Shown here: piece after piece, positions 43,483 to 53,788 of the stretch | How positions within the stretch are numbered: the stretch's first letter is position 1 | Layout: each line of letters starts with the position of its first letter | DNA from: a virus | Lineage: Duplodnaviria; Caudoviricetes | IMG/VR virus record: IMGVR_UViG_3300042294_002093 | Coordinates: 1 to 64,000 of that record | Direction: 5' to 3' (one strand) | DNA: 64,000 nucleotides | Notes under the pieces: generated by a model | Told to the model about the DNA's origin: nothing | The model's input: only the letters and a program-made list of their open reading frames with translations | Database searches by the model: none | Program-made: the position numbers and the translations under genes

Positions 43483-43756
43483 TACCTTTTCCTTTTATCT
43501 CTTTTAGTGCTTTTTGAACACTGCTTGGATTTACATTACATAAAACACAAAGATTTTCATCATTATATATAGATAACTGAGATCCACATTGTTTGCAAGA
43601 TCTTTCCTTACCCTTTCTTTTTTGCCGACGAGTGGCAATATATCTTTCTGCAATCTTTTGTTTTGTAGCATCTTCTCTACAAATTGGAGAGCAATATATC
43701 TGATAACTTATATCTGAGTTAAACTCAGTGTCACACCAACTACAATGCTTCGTCAT
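43469..43756 (-). CDS. zinc-finger protein
   Basis: several CxxC motifs. Confidence 0.7.
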   Translation of the reverse strand: MTKHCSWCDTEFNSDISYQIYCSPICREDATKQKIAERYIATRRQKRKGKERSCKQCGSQLSIYNDENLCVLCNVNPSSVQKALKEIKGKGNGKK

Positions 43757-44534
43757 TCAAAGGCTCCAAGGAATTAATCTTAATATCCCCTACCTCTGCT
43801 GACGCACACGCTTTTTGAATTGGACAGTTTTTACAGATCTTAGAATTTGATCTATAATTTTTTTTAGGTAGAGTCCTATCTACCCAAGCCTTTCTAACTG
43901 TCCTCATCCAATCAAACGCTTGGTCTACCCACCTGCGATAGTGATCATTTACTTCTACTGGCAAAATTAATAACTCATGATTATTTTTATTTTCATAAAT
44001 TAACACAGCCTTTGCCTTTTTTAAAATTTTCATATAGATTAACAATTGAATAAGGTGACCAGTCTTTGGCTTCATGTGTGCCTTACGGTATTCAAAACCT
44101 TCGTTCATCACTGTTTTAATTTCACCAAGCAGTGGCTCTCCCTGCCAGTTAAGCATAACGTCTCCATAGCCAAAAATTGGTGGATCAGAGTGTGTAATAG
44201 TAAATTCTGAATCAATTAAAAAATCTGGAACATTTCCCATAGCAGATTGAATTCTTTCATGCGATTTAGTTCCTGCTGTCATATTAGCAGCGCCATAGGC
44301 ATCTGCATTGTCCTCAAATGTCTGACCATCAAAAGCCAGGTACCAGTATCTTGGACATTCTCCATGACCGTAGGCAATTGTAGATGGAGCAAAAGTTTTC
44401 TTTTGCGTATGTTTATCAATTCTGTTAATTGTATAACCACTTTTTATCATATCAGTTAACCCAGCCACATCTATTGAATGTACTGGAGGAACTTCTTTTT
44501 TAACCATAATCTGCTGTAATAAACTTTTTGTCAT
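43740..44534 (-). CDS. Cas4/RecB-like PD-(D/E)xK exonuclease
   Basis: CPRY, GT..HE, GYGD, GEIKT, QLLIYM, C-terminal CxxC..C. Confidence 0.8.
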   Translation of the reverse strand: MTKSLLQQIMVKKEVPPVHSIDVAGLTDMIKSGYTINRIDKHTQKKTFAPSTIAYGHGECPRYWYLAFDGQTFEDNADAYGAANMTAGTKSHERIQSAMGNVPDFLIDSEFTITHSDPPIFGYGDVMLNWQGEPLLGEIKTVMNEGFEYRKAHMKPKTGHLIQLLIYMKILKKAKAVLIYENKNNHELLILPVEVNDHYRRWVDQAFDWMRTVRKAWVDRTLPKKNYRSNSKICKNCPIQKACASAEVGDIKINSLEPLNDEAL

Positions 44535-44569
44535 TTTTTACTCGTTTCTATTAGTATAAGTATAGCAGA

Positions 44570-44875
44570 TTAGCGTGTAATATATTTTAATGCAGACACT
44601 AAATTGTTTAGTGATTCTGCTGCAGTGTAATAAAGGTTCTTTTTCCCACGATCTGACTTGTCTACATTTGCCATCCAGGTTGCTTTAAAAGCCATCTTTG
44701 CTGCGATAGCCTGAAGACGCACAATTTCAATATGTGCTACATTTAAAGGAATATCTGGCTTAATAATAATCTTAGCAATAAATGTAAGCGCTGCAGTTAG
44801 TTCCTCGTCTTGCATATAGTCTGCAATTTCTGAAAGACCATTTACCATATCAATTGTTGTGTTTTCGTTTTGCAT
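44570..44875 (-). CDS. hypothetical protein
   Basis: ORF track. Confidence 0.75.
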   Translation of the reverse strand: MQNENTTIDMVNGLSEIADYMQDEELTAALTFIAKIIIKPDIPLNVAHIEIVRLQAIAAKMAFKATWMANVDKSDRGKKNLYYTAAESLNNLVSALKYITR

Positions 44876-44894
44876 TTTTTATCCCATCTAGTAG

Positions 44895-45602
44895 TTATTT
44901 ATGTGCCTCTGATATTTTTTTCAAAGACTCTTCTTTTTTGGTAAAATTTTCTTTATGCTGTAAAAATACTGGATCCAAGTTCCATTTTTTAATTTTTTCT
45001 TTTTTTAATTCTAGTGATTTAGTAACAAAGTCTAAATCTTCAAAATCTTTTTTTGTTGAAAAATGCATAGTTAAAATTTCTGTATTGTCTCCTTCTTTAA
45101 ATAGTACTGGCTCTCTCCAGTGTGCTTGACCTGCACCCCAAAAAATAAGAAGGTCTCCATATTCAAGACTAAAACTTTTATCTTCAATTACTATTGGCCA
45201 GTCAATGTTTGTATACAATTGACAGTACATTGTAAGTTTAGAGAAATAATTGTCTAAGTCGTAGCGAACTGGAAATTTTGGATTTGCATTTATATTATGT
45301 TTTTTGTTATAACTAAAATAACTGTTACGGTACATAAATACCTCTTCACCAACTATTTTTGAAGCAAAATCTTCAAGTTTTTTTTGTATAGGCTCTGGGT
45401 AAATTACTTCTATTTGCATTCGTGCTATAGATAGCAAAACAAGTGGAGAATAAAACTCATCTAAATCTTTAGCCTTTTTTTGATATTTTACTATTGAAAG
45501 TAAAGCCTCTACTTCTTCAGCAGTAAGAAAACCTTTTATAATTTGTGGAACTATTTTATTTTTTGGTTCGTATCCTGTATTTATAACTTTTTCAGACAAC
45601 AT
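44895..45602 (-). CDS. 2OG-Fe(II) oxygenase-like, HxD His replaced
   Basis: paralog of 45608; RYD instead of HYD; HWR retained. Confidence 0.65.
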   Translation of the reverse strand: MLSEKVINTGYEPKNKIVPQIIKGFLTAEEVEALLSIVKYQKKAKDLDEFYSPLVLLSIARMQIEVIYPEPIQKKLEDFASKIVGEEVFMYRNSYFSYNKKHNINANPKFPVRYDLDNYFSKLTMYCQLYTNIDWPIVIEDKSFSLEYGDLLIFWGAGQAHWREPVLFKEGDNTEILTMHFSTKKDFEDLDFVTKSLELKKEKIKKWNLDPVFLQHKENFTKKEESLKKISEAHK

Positions 45603-45607
45603 TATTT

Positions 45608-46297
45608 TTATCTAACGACTTTGTTATCTAATTTATTTTCTTTAAAGTATTTAGTTTTCATTTCAACTAGGTGTTTGATTCTTTCTTTTCTTTCTTCTTC
45701 ATTTCTTGCTTTTAAATTTAATTCATTATAATCTTTTAGATTAGAAAAGTGACAGGTTAACATTTTTACACTATCATCAGTATTAAATTTTTGTTTTTCT
45801 CTCCAATGTAACCTTCCAGCACCCCAAAAAATTAACAAATCCATGTATTCTAAAACAAATTTTTCGCTTTCTACAAATATTGGCCAATCAATTGTTTTAT
45901 CTAATTGATAATCAAAAGTTATTTTTGAATAATAGTTATCAGAGTCATAATGAAATGGAAGTTCTGATGTGTTGTTCTCTCCAAAGTCTGAACCAGAATA
46001 TTCTAAATAACTGTTATGAGTCATTACAACCTCTTCTCCACAAATACTGGATGCAAGATCTTCAAATTTTTTCTTAATATGTTCTGGATAAACTAATTCT
46101 ACATGCATTCTTCCAAGATTATTTAAAACAATTTTTTGATAAAATTCATCATCTCCGTTATAAGATTTGGCAGAATTAATTACATTTTCCATTTCTTCTA
46201 CTTCGGATTTTGATAAAACGCCTTTAATTATTTGTGCATCAAAATTATTTTTTGCAGCAAAAGGTTTTGCATATTTATTTATATAATCATTTTTCAT
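45608..46297 (-). CDS. 2OG-Fe(II) oxygenase-like
   Basis: HYD...DWPI...HWR. Confidence 0.7.
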   Translation of the reverse strand: MKNDYINKYAKPFAAKNNFDAQIIKGVLSKSEVEEMENVINSAKSYNGDDEFYQKIVLNNLGRMHVELVYPEHIKKKFEDLASSICGEEVVMTHNSYLEYSGSDFGENNTSELPFHYDSDNYYSKITFDYQLDKTIDWPIFVESEKFVLEYMDLLIFWGAGRLHWREKQKFNTDDSVKMLTCHFSNLKDYNELNLKARNEEERKERIKHLVEMKTKYFKENKLDNKVVR

Positions 46298-46298
46298 A

Positions 46299-46835
46299 TT
46301 AGTTTTTCTCCTTTTTAGTAAACTTAACTAGTAAAACTTTTTCAAAATCTAAATCAGACATCTTAATAAAAGGTCTAGAATGATACTGATTTACGCCATC
46401 AAAAAGAACTGCTGAATTGTTTTCTAAAACAAAACTTTTGTCTTCTACAACAACTGGCCAAACAATATTTGTTTCAATACAATAGTCAACAACTATTGCA
46501 TCAAACCCATCTCCATCTTTATGGGGCAATAACTTGGGAATTCCATACTTATTGCTATATTCTATATATGTTGTGTTTCCAGCATAATAATAATCATCCC
46601 AGTTATTATCTATTAAAATTTTTTTAAATTCGTTAAGACATTCATCTGATAATGGTACATTTTGAATAGTAACTCTACCCATTGATTTTCGCCAAATCTT
46701 TACTGGATAAGTAATATTTTTATCAAATTCTTCTTCTGTGACTTCTAGGGAATTAAAATAGTGATCAACAGTATCTTTTATTTCTTGTATACTTTTGTCT
46801 GATAAAACGTTTTCTACATATATATTATTAAACAC
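46299..46835 (-). CDS. 2OG-Fe(II) oxygenase-like
   Basis: PHKD...WPV...HSR. Confidence 0.7.
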   Translation of the reverse strand: MFNNIYVENVLSDKSIQEIKDTVDHYFNSLEVTEEEFDKNITYPVKIWRKSMGRVTIQNVPLSDECLNEFKKILIDNNWDDYYYAGNTTYIEYSNKYGIPKLLPHKDGDGFDAIVVDYCIETNIVWPVVVEDKSFVLENNSAVLFDGVNQYHSRPFIKMSDLDFEKVLLVKFTKKEKN

Positions 46836-46859
46836 TTAAACTCCTTTTATTATACACTA

Positions 46860-47171
46860 TTATACACTATCCTCTATGATTTGTTCTAAAATACTCATTT
46901 CAATTATAGCAAGTCTGACCTTAGAATTCCCCTCGCCTATTACTACAACAATTGCTGGGTCGTTGCCATTTTTTATAGCATCAGTTGTTGCCTTAGCCCA
47001 TACTTCTTTGTTTAAAGTAAAAGACTTTCCAACTTCTTTAAAGTCCACAGTAAAATTTTCCCAAGATGCGTCACCTTTGTGTGTTCCACGTCCTGAGTTC
47101 TTGTGCTGTTTAGCACCTATTCTTTTACTTTCACTCTTCTCCGTCAAAATCTCTCCTCTTTCTTTTTCCAA
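46860..47171 (-). CDS. PD-(D/E)xK Holliday-junction-resolvase-like nuclease
   Basis: NSG...KGD...VDFKE..KSFTL..W. Confidence 0.65.
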   Translation of the reverse strand: MEKERGEILTEKSESKRIGAKQHKNSGRGTHKGDASWENFTVDFKEVGKSFTLNKEVWAKATTDAIKNGNDPAIVVVIGEGNSKVRLAIIEMSILEQIIEDSV

Positions 47172-47307
47172 GATAAACCGTTGTTAAATGTTTTTGTTTG
47201 CACATCCAGGTAAGAGTTTTAGTTTCAGCGTAACATCTTAATGTTAAAACAACTTCTTTGCATGTATGGCATGGCCACTTTCCTGGATAGACTGTGTAAT
47301 TAGACAC
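47131..47307 (-). CDS. 58 aa zinc-binding hypothetical protein (GTG start)
   Basis: manual translation ...CHTCKE...WMCKQKH...; fills the gap after recA. Confidence 0.55.
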   Translation of the reverse strand: MSNYTVYPGKWPCHTCKEVVLTLRCYAETKTLTWMCKQKHLTTVYLGKRKRRDFDGEE

Positions 47308-48310
47308 TTAGTCTTGCCTTAATAGATTCTTGTAAATCAAGATCTTCTCTTACACGATTGACAAATGCTTCTTTACCCTGAACCTTTGTACCATCAGGAA
47401 GTATATACCAAGCGCCTGTGCGTTCAACAATACCATTTAGTTCTGCGGTAGTAACTAAATCACCGATTGTGTCAAGACCAATGTTGTCACCTCTAAAATA
47501 AAAATCATATTCACCAGACTGGAATCCTGGAGAAGTTTTAGAAAACTGTAACTCCCAACGAATAGTTCTTCCAACCTTTTCTTCAATAAGTTTATCCCCT
47601 ACTTGAATCTTGCCTTTAATTGCTTGATTGTCTGATTCCGAACTAAATAGTTTAACAATGCAAGAGGAATAAAACTTAGTAGCCTGACCACCAGAAGGCT
47701 GCTGACTAGTATACATAGCATTAATATTATTACGAGACTGGCTAATAAGCACAAGCAAAGTAGGCTTAACTTTATTATTAGCATAGTTAAGCATTTTCCA
47801 TGCATTGCTAAAGTCACGAGACTCTGCTCCAATCTGTTTAGTATTTTCTAAAGGCTTCATTTCATCTGTATCTTTTTCAAAATAGATTGCAGGAAGCATT
47901 GATGTAATAGAGTCTACCACAATTAAGTCAACTCCTGCATTCATTAAGCCAACACCTACATCAACCATGTCACTAATAGTTCTGGCTTGTGAGTAGATTA
48001 GTTTTTCTGGATCTACACCAAGAGTTCTAGCCCAGTCCTCTGAGTATGACATCTCTGAATCAATCCATGCACAAAGTTTTCCTTCTGCTTGTGCTAAAGC
48101 AATCATTTGAAGGCACATAGAAGACTTTGCAGAGGACTTTGAGCCCCATATAAGGACTTGTCTACCGTAAGGCAAACCACCTCCTAGGGCACGGTTTAAA
48201 CCAAAACTAGGTGTAGGTTGATATTCATAATTAACGCCTACTCCGCTACCTAATTTCTTTCTCAACTTGGGATCAAGTTGTGCTAATGCTTCTTCTATAC
48301 TAACCGACAT
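47300..48310 (-). CDS. recA: RecA/UvsX-like recombinase
   Basis: LGGGLPYGR, WIDSE, VVDS, ISQSR, GGQATKFYSS, GAWY. Confidence 0.9.
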   Translation of the reverse strand: MSVSIEEALAQLDPKLRKKLGSGVGVNYEYQPTPSFGLNRALGGGLPYGRQVLIWGSKSSAKSSMCLQMIALAQAEGKLCAWIDSEMSYSEDWARTLGVDPEKLIYSQARTISDMVDVGVGLMNAGVDLIVVDSITSMLPAIYFEKDTDEMKPLENTKQIGAESRDFSNAWKMLNYANNKVKPTLLVLISQSRNNINAMYTSQQPSGGQATKFYSSCIVKLFSSESDNQAIKGKIQVGDKLIEEKVGRTIRWELQFSKTSPGFQSGEYDFYFRGDNIGLDTIGDLVTTAELNGIVERTGAWYILPDGTKVQGKEAFVNRVREDLDLQESIKARLSV

Positions 48311-51300
48311 GTACATCCTCCAATGTGACTGTTCCGTCTTTTGTTTTTCCAAAATCAAACTTGTATGACTTTCCTTCTTCAATATTCATATATGCCTTTG
48401 CAAATGATGTAGGAAATACAGTAATGGAGTGAAGGTCTCTCCTTGTATCAGCAAGCGTAAGAGATGCCATCTTCTTTCCTGTCTTTGTAATTCTTGGTTT
48501 AAAGGAGACTACAAACATTTCTTCATCTGTATATGGTAGTTGCTTATAACTTAAAAACTTTACAAGTGCATGAGATGATTCTTTTATCTCGTCTGAAGGT
48601 ATGAAAGACACAATCCTATTATCATTACACAAGACCAAATAAGAACGACCTGTCTCAATAGTCGTATTTTCATCATCAAATATACCGACACTGCCAGTTT
48701 TGTCCAAAATTTCAACTCGTGACCATCCTGTTCCTCGCTTAATTGATTTTACCATACCCATAAAAATGTATGATCCCTTTTCTTCAAAGTCAACAATGTC
48801 CTGAATAAATGCGTAATAGTGAGAAGGTATTGTAATGTTAAACTCTGGAAGGTTTAAGTACTCATATAGATTCTCTTTAATTTCCTGATCATTTCTAGGA
48901 TTATCATTAAAGGTTGCAGCACCAGTTACTCTTAGTGCTTGCAGTGCACGACTGTTTACTCCGTTTCCTTTAGTAAATGTAAATTCTTCAAGTTCTTTGT
49001 ACGAATTGAATGGTCGTGCAGATATGTATCTTTCGCCAATCTTGTCAGATATGAACTTGATAGCACTGAGTCCAAACCTAATACCTTTACCCTCAATTTT
49101 AAAATCAATATCCGAATCGTTAATGTGAGGTAACTTAACGCTAATACCCATTCTTTTTGCTTCAATAAGATATTCAGTTCTTGCATCTTTGTCCTTTTCA
49201 TTTTTTAATACTGAGTACATAAACTCAAGTGGGTAATAATATTTTAGCCATGCAGTCCAATAAGATAGTGTCGAATATGCTACTGCGTGAGACTTGTTAA
49301 ATGAATAACCTGCGTGAGCCTCAAAGTCATGCCATAAATCACGAGCAGCATTAGGAGTAATAAACTTAGATGCTCCCTCTACAAACTTTTCTTTAAACTG
49401 ATCAAACTCTTTAGCATCTTTTTTCTTTCCAATAATTTTCCTAACTTTATCTGCTTCTGACATTGACATACCGCCAAGGTGTACGCATGCTTGCATAACT
49501 TGTTCCTGGTAAAGAATACAGCCGTAAGTGTCTTCCGTAAATTCTTTTAGGACTTGGTGTGTGTAAGATATGTTTTGACGACCATGCTTACGATCAACAT
49601 AGTCTTTTCCAATAGTATTCATTGCACCTGGACGAACAAGAGCATTTGATGCTGCAAGTTCATTTAGATTCTTTACACCCATCTTAACAATAAGATTTGT
49701 ATATGGTGCTGCTTCACACTGAAACACTCCTTTTGTATATCCGTCTGAGAGCATTTGATAAACATTTGTATCATCCATCTTTATCTTAAGAAGATCTATT
49801 TTTTTGCCATCTCGTTCTTTAATTATATCAATTGTGTTCTTAAGAACTGATAAAGTTTTAAGACCCAAAGCATCAATCTTAATTAAGCCAATTCTTTCTG
49901 CTTCTTCCATATCAACGCCAACCACAGGAATTCTTTCATCCGATCCAGGAGAAGATCTTGTTTCTAATGGTGCATATCTAAAGATTGGTTCTTTACTTGT
50001 TACTACACCTGCTGCGTGGATTCCTGTACCACGAATACGACCACGAAGTTGCTCTCCGTATATTTCTACTTCTGGATATTTTTCACGGAACTCTATTGTT
50101 GACTTTGAGGTACAGTAGTCGTCCCATGAGTCTACTGTTTTTAAAACCTTATTAACATCTGACAACGGAATATTAAGTACTCTTGAAACATCTCTAACAA
50201 TTCCTTTACCTGTAAACTCAAGAAAGGTAGCAATAGATGCAACATGTCTGTACTGTCTAACAAGATAATCTTTTACTTCTTCACGACGAGTGTCTTGAAT
50301 ATCTGTATCAATATCTGGAAAGTCGTTGCGGTCTGGATTAATAAAACGAAAAAACAAAAGATTGTGTTTAATGGGATCAATGTCTGTAATCTTTAGTGCA
50401 TAACAAACAAGTGATCCAGCAGAAGAACCTCTCCCTGGTCCAACCATAATGTCTTCTTTTTTAGCCCAATTAATCATGTTACTCACAACAAGAAAATATG
50501 GAGCAAACTTCTTGTCTTTAATAATCTGCAACTCTTCTTCAAGCCTATCAAGATACTCTTGATTATTTGATAAACCTCTTTCTGCAAGACCAGCAAGTGC
50601 TAACTCTTTTAACTCTTTATCTGGATTCTTGTATTGCGCTGGTAGTAAATCTAATCCTTCTTGGATTCCATAGTCCCCAATTTTTTCTGCAACCTCTAAA
50701 GTGTTTGAATAAATGTCTGGACGATCAATCCCCTGAGCCTCCATTGCAGACTTAATTTCTTCATATGAAAGTAAATGAATGTCAAACTTGTTAAATGTAA
50801 TTTGTCGGTCTTCTCCATAAAGATAATCAAGTCTTTTCATCATGTCAGGCTTCTTCTTGGATTTTTCAAAAGTGTGTTCTTTATCAATCTTTACATGTGT
50901 ATTAAGAAGTAATTTAAATTCTTGAATTTCTTTTTGATCTGTATGGCTGTGATGACAGTCTGGTGTTACAACAACTTTTACGTTATACTCATCTGCCAAA
51001 GCAATTAATTGTTTGTTTATTTCTGCAGTATTGTGTGGCATTACCTCAACATAATAATCATTATTAAATACACGCTTAAACCATGCAATATAATCTTTTG
51101 CTATAGCAAATTCGCTATTCTCAAGTGCCTTAACTAATACGCTGCTTGGGCATGCAGATGTTACGATAATTCCTTCAGAATACTTTTCAAGTATTTCAAA
51201 GTCAAATCTTGGCTTTTTAAAGTATCCTTCTGTCCAAGATATTTCACTAATTTTATTTAAATTCTCTAAACCAATTTGATTCTTGGCGAGAAGAACTATA

Positions 51301-51575
51301 TGGTTATAGACTAGATCTAGATCTCCGTCTCTTTCAGACTTATCTCTAGTGTCAAATCTATCTTTACACATATAGCCTTCTACGCCAAGTATAGGCTTAA
51401 TACCCTTTGCTTTTGCAATACGGTGCAGTTCCCTATGCCCAGATAAAGTACCGTGGTCAGTGATAGCAATTGCTGGCATCCCTAACTCAACTGCACGGTC
51501 AACGTATTCTTCTGGAGTAGCAATCCCGTCAAATAACGAGTAATGAGTATGTACGTGTAAGCCTACGTAAGACAT
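48300..51575 (-). CDS. dnaE: DNA polymerase III alpha subunit
   Basis: PHP HVHTHYSLFDG, GRGSSAGS, PDIDTD, GYSFNKSH. Confidence 0.95.
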   Translation of the reverse strand: MSYVGLHVHTHYSLFDGIATPEEYVDRAVELGMPAIAITDHGTLSGHRELHRIAKAKGIKPILGVEGYMCKDRFDTRDKSERDGDLDLVYNHIVLLAKNQIGLENLNKISEISWTEGYFKKPRFDFEILEKYSEGIIVTSACPSSVLVKALENSEFAIAKDYIAWFKRVFNNDYYVEVMPHNTAEINKQLIALADEYNVKVVVTPDCHHSHTDQKEIQEFKLLLNTHVKIDKEHTFEKSKKKPDMMKRLDYLYGEDRQITFNKFDIHLLSYEEIKSAMEAQGIDRPDIYSNTLEVAEKIGDYGIQEGLDLLPAQYKNPDKELKELALAGLAERGLSNNQEYLDRLEEELQIIKDKKFAPYFLVVSNMINWAKKEDIMVGPGRGSSAGSLVCYALKITDIDPIKHNLLFFRFINPDRNDFPDIDTDIQDTRREEVKDYLVRQYRHVASIATFLEFTGKGIVRDVSRVLNIPLSDVNKVLKTVDSWDDYCTSKSTIEFREKYPEVEIYGEQLRGRIRGTGIHAAGVVTSKEPIFRYAPLETRSSPGSDERIPVVGVDMEEAERIGLIKIDALGLKTLSVLKNTIDIIKERDGKKIDLLKIKMDDTNVYQMLSDGYTKGVFQCEAAPYTNLIVKMGVKNLNELAASNALVRPGAMNTIGKDYVDRKHGRQNISYTHQVLKEFTEDTYGCILYQEQVMQACVHLGGMSMSEADKVRKIIGKKKDAKEFDQFKEKFVEGASKFITPNAARDLWHDFEAHAGYSFNKSHAVAYSTLSYWTAWLKYYYPLEFMYSVLKNEKDKDARTEYLIEAKRMGISVKLPHINDSDIDFKIEGKGIRFGLSAIKFISDKIGERYISARPFNSYKELEEFTFTKGNGVNSRALQALRVTGAATFNDNPRNDQEIKENLYEYLNLPEFNITIPSHYYAFIQDIVDFEEKGSYIFMGMVKSIKRGTGWSRVEILDKTGSVGIFDDENTTIETGRSYLVLCNDNRIVSFIPSDEIKESSHALVKFLSYKQLPYTDEEMFVVSFKPRITKTGKKMASLTLADTRRDLHSITVFPTSFAKAYMNIEEGKSYKFDFGKTKDGTVTLEDVHVG

Positions 51576-51578
51576 CTA

Positions 51579-52232
51579 CTACCAGTCGATATTAGTGCTG
51601 GTAACAGATGGAGTGTCAAATCCAAAGTAGAATGCTTCTTGCTCTGGATATGGAACCTCACGAACAACCTTTTCTAGGTTGAAGAATTCAAAACCTTCCC
51701 ATGCAAATGGTTCTGCATCTGGCTTTGAAGGTAGAAGTGTGTAATTGGTTTCAGTTCCCTGACCATTACGCTTTAACTTCCACTCAAGATTTGAAATGCT
51801 ACCTGTATCAAGTGCATATTCACGAATGTTATTAAATGCTGATTGTTTAGAAATTCCTTGGGACCAAACAGCAATGTATGGATCTTCAAGTCCGTCATTC
51901 ATTAGAACGTTGCAATAGAAACGCAAACGTGCTCTCCAACCTGACTTTGGTTCCTTACGTGCCATTTCGCATCCAAAACAACGTCCCTCAGAGTCCTGAG
52001 TACATGCTGCCTTGCGCTTGTAATCCTTTGGATTTGTGTGTTCTGAAACTACTACAGAAAGACCACGAGTCTCTGAATAGTTTGCTGAGTCAACGTCTAG
52101 TTCTTCAACAAAACGAACCTTTGCTGATTGCCCATCCGCAAGTTTTACCCAGCGAACTTTTTGTCCTGTGCCTTCGTACTTTGGTTTTTCGAGCAGGGCA
52201 TTGATATCTTTTAGTCCCTTAATTACGCTCAT
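51579..52232 (-). CDS. single-stranded DNA-binding protein (gp32-like)
   Basis: Zn motif H..C..CxxC, KRNGQGTETNY, acidic/aromatic tail; located next to dnaE. Confidence 0.65.
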   Translation of the reverse strand: MSVIKGLKDINALLEKPKYEGTGQKVRWVKLADGQSAKVRFVEELDVDSANYSETRGLSVVVSEHTNPKDYKRKAACTQDSEGRCFGCEMARKEPKSGWRARLRFYCNVLMNDGLEDPYIAVWSQGISKQSAFNNIREYALDTGSISNLEWKLKRNGQGTETNYTLLPSKPDAEPFAWEGFEFFNLEKVVREVPYPEQEAFYFGFDTPSVTSTNIDW

Positions 52233-53755
52233 ACTTTTTCTCCTTCGTTTTTTATTTTATGTAGATATTCGTCAAACACTATTGATGATTTTATAATCTC
52301 ATCATTTTTTTGAACTATATCAGTATACATCAAAATTGACTCATTGTCAACTAAAGAATGTAATAGTTTATAATCATATAACTCATTGCCTAAATATACG
52401 GCAAGCCATGATGGATAAGAAAACACACTATTTATGCTATTCCCAAAAACATCAGAAAATAAATTATTTTTCATATCTTTCAAAAACTTTTTTAATTTTG
52501 GTGGCATAGTGTTTTTTTGAATAAAATTTTCCCAAAAAACAGTATTAGTTTTATTTGTTATGTAATGCAAATATATAAAAGAATGAACTTCTTCATTTAT
52601 ATTACAAAAAATATTATTAAAATCATTTTCTTTCTTTTTTGACCTATTATAGAAAATTTCTATAAAGTTTTTATCAGTAATAGTCTCTAGCATTTGAGAT
52701 AGTATTGATAAGGAGGTAGCCTCTAGTGGTTCAAAAAAACCAGAAGAAAGTCCAAGAGCAAGACAATTATTTCTTAATGGCGTATAAAAATACCCACTAT
52801 CAAATTTTATTTTTTTCTTTATATCTACATCATTACCAAATTTATTTTGTATTTCTTTAATAGCATCAGATTCAGAAATAAAAGAAGAGTCGTAGACATA
52901 TCCACAACCATACCTATCTTGAACTGGAGCCTTCCATGCCCAGCCATAGTCCATTGCTATTGATTCTGTGTATAATTTAATTTTGTCTTCTTTTATCCAA
53001 AAGGCTATTGCTGAATCACATGGCAAACTATTTGACAAATCATTCCACTCAGAGTTAAACTTTTTTCCTATCAAAAGCCTATTGGATCCAGTACAATCAA
53101 TAACAAAATCACAATCAACTTTACTATTTGAAAAAATTAATTCTTTAATATCTCCATTTGTATCAAACACACAATCTTCAAAGTCATCATCAATTATTTT
53201 AATATTTCTTTCAATTGCAATAGATCTTAAGAACGACAACATTTTTTGTGCATCAAAATGTAATGAATGATGTGCTTTATTAAATTTATGATTATCAGAT
53301 AGATATGAAAATGGATTTATTTTATTCAAATTTCCATCTTTTAAAACTGCATATGATGCAGCCTTGGAAAATTCTTTATGCATTTCTACCTTAAAATCTA
53401 AATAATTTTTATATTTGTTTTTTGATAGTAAGTTTGTCTTTATAAAATTTTTAATAGATTTTTTAAAATTTATAGGATCATAAATATGAAGCCAGTAATA
53501 TTTGTTATTGTTTGCCCATCCAGTAAACTTAATTCCATTTTTGACGGTAGCCTCGGCATTCATTAAAGATTTATCAATATCAACATCTATTTTTTTTAAT
53601 AAATAAAAGAAGTTTGGATTGGTGCCTTCCCCAACACCTATCGCACCAATCCTACTGCTATCAATAATAGTTACTTCAGCGTTTTTGATTGTTTTTTGTA
53701 AATAAAGTGCACTGACATACCCAGCGTTTCCCCCACCTACAACAACTATTTTCAC
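52229..53755 (-). CDS. flavin-dependent tryptophan halogenase-like protein
   Basis: GGGNAG, GVGEGT, K.GIKF, DCTG, WAWKAP, FFEPLEAT. Confidence 0.85.
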   Translation of the reverse strand: MKIVVVGGGNAGYVSALYLQKTIKNAEVTIIDSSRIGAIGVGEGTNPNFFYLLKKIDVDIDKSLMNAEATVKNGIKFTGWANNNKYYWLHIYDPINFKKSIKNFIKTNLLSKNKYKNYLDFKVEMHKEFSKAASYAVLKDGNLNKINPFSYLSDNHKFNKAHHSLHFDAQKMLSFLRSIAIERNIKIIDDDFEDCVFDTNGDIKELIFSNSKVDCDFVIDCTGSNRLLIGKKFNSEWNDLSNSLPCDSAIAFWIKEDKIKLYTESIAMDYGWAWKAPVQDRYGCGYVYDSSFISESDAIKEIQNKFGNDVDIKKKIKFDSGYFYTPLRNNCLALGLSSGFFEPLEATSLSILSQMLETITDKNFIEIFYNRSKKKENDFNNIFCNINEEVHSFIYLHYITNKTNTVFWENFIQKNTMPPKLKKFLKDMKNNLFSDVFGNSINSVFSYPSWLAVYLGNELYDYKLLHSLVDNESILMYTDIVQKNDEIIKSSIVFDEYLHKIKNEGEKV

Positions 53756-53788
53756 AAAATTGCCTCACTAACTATTGTATTTAAAATT

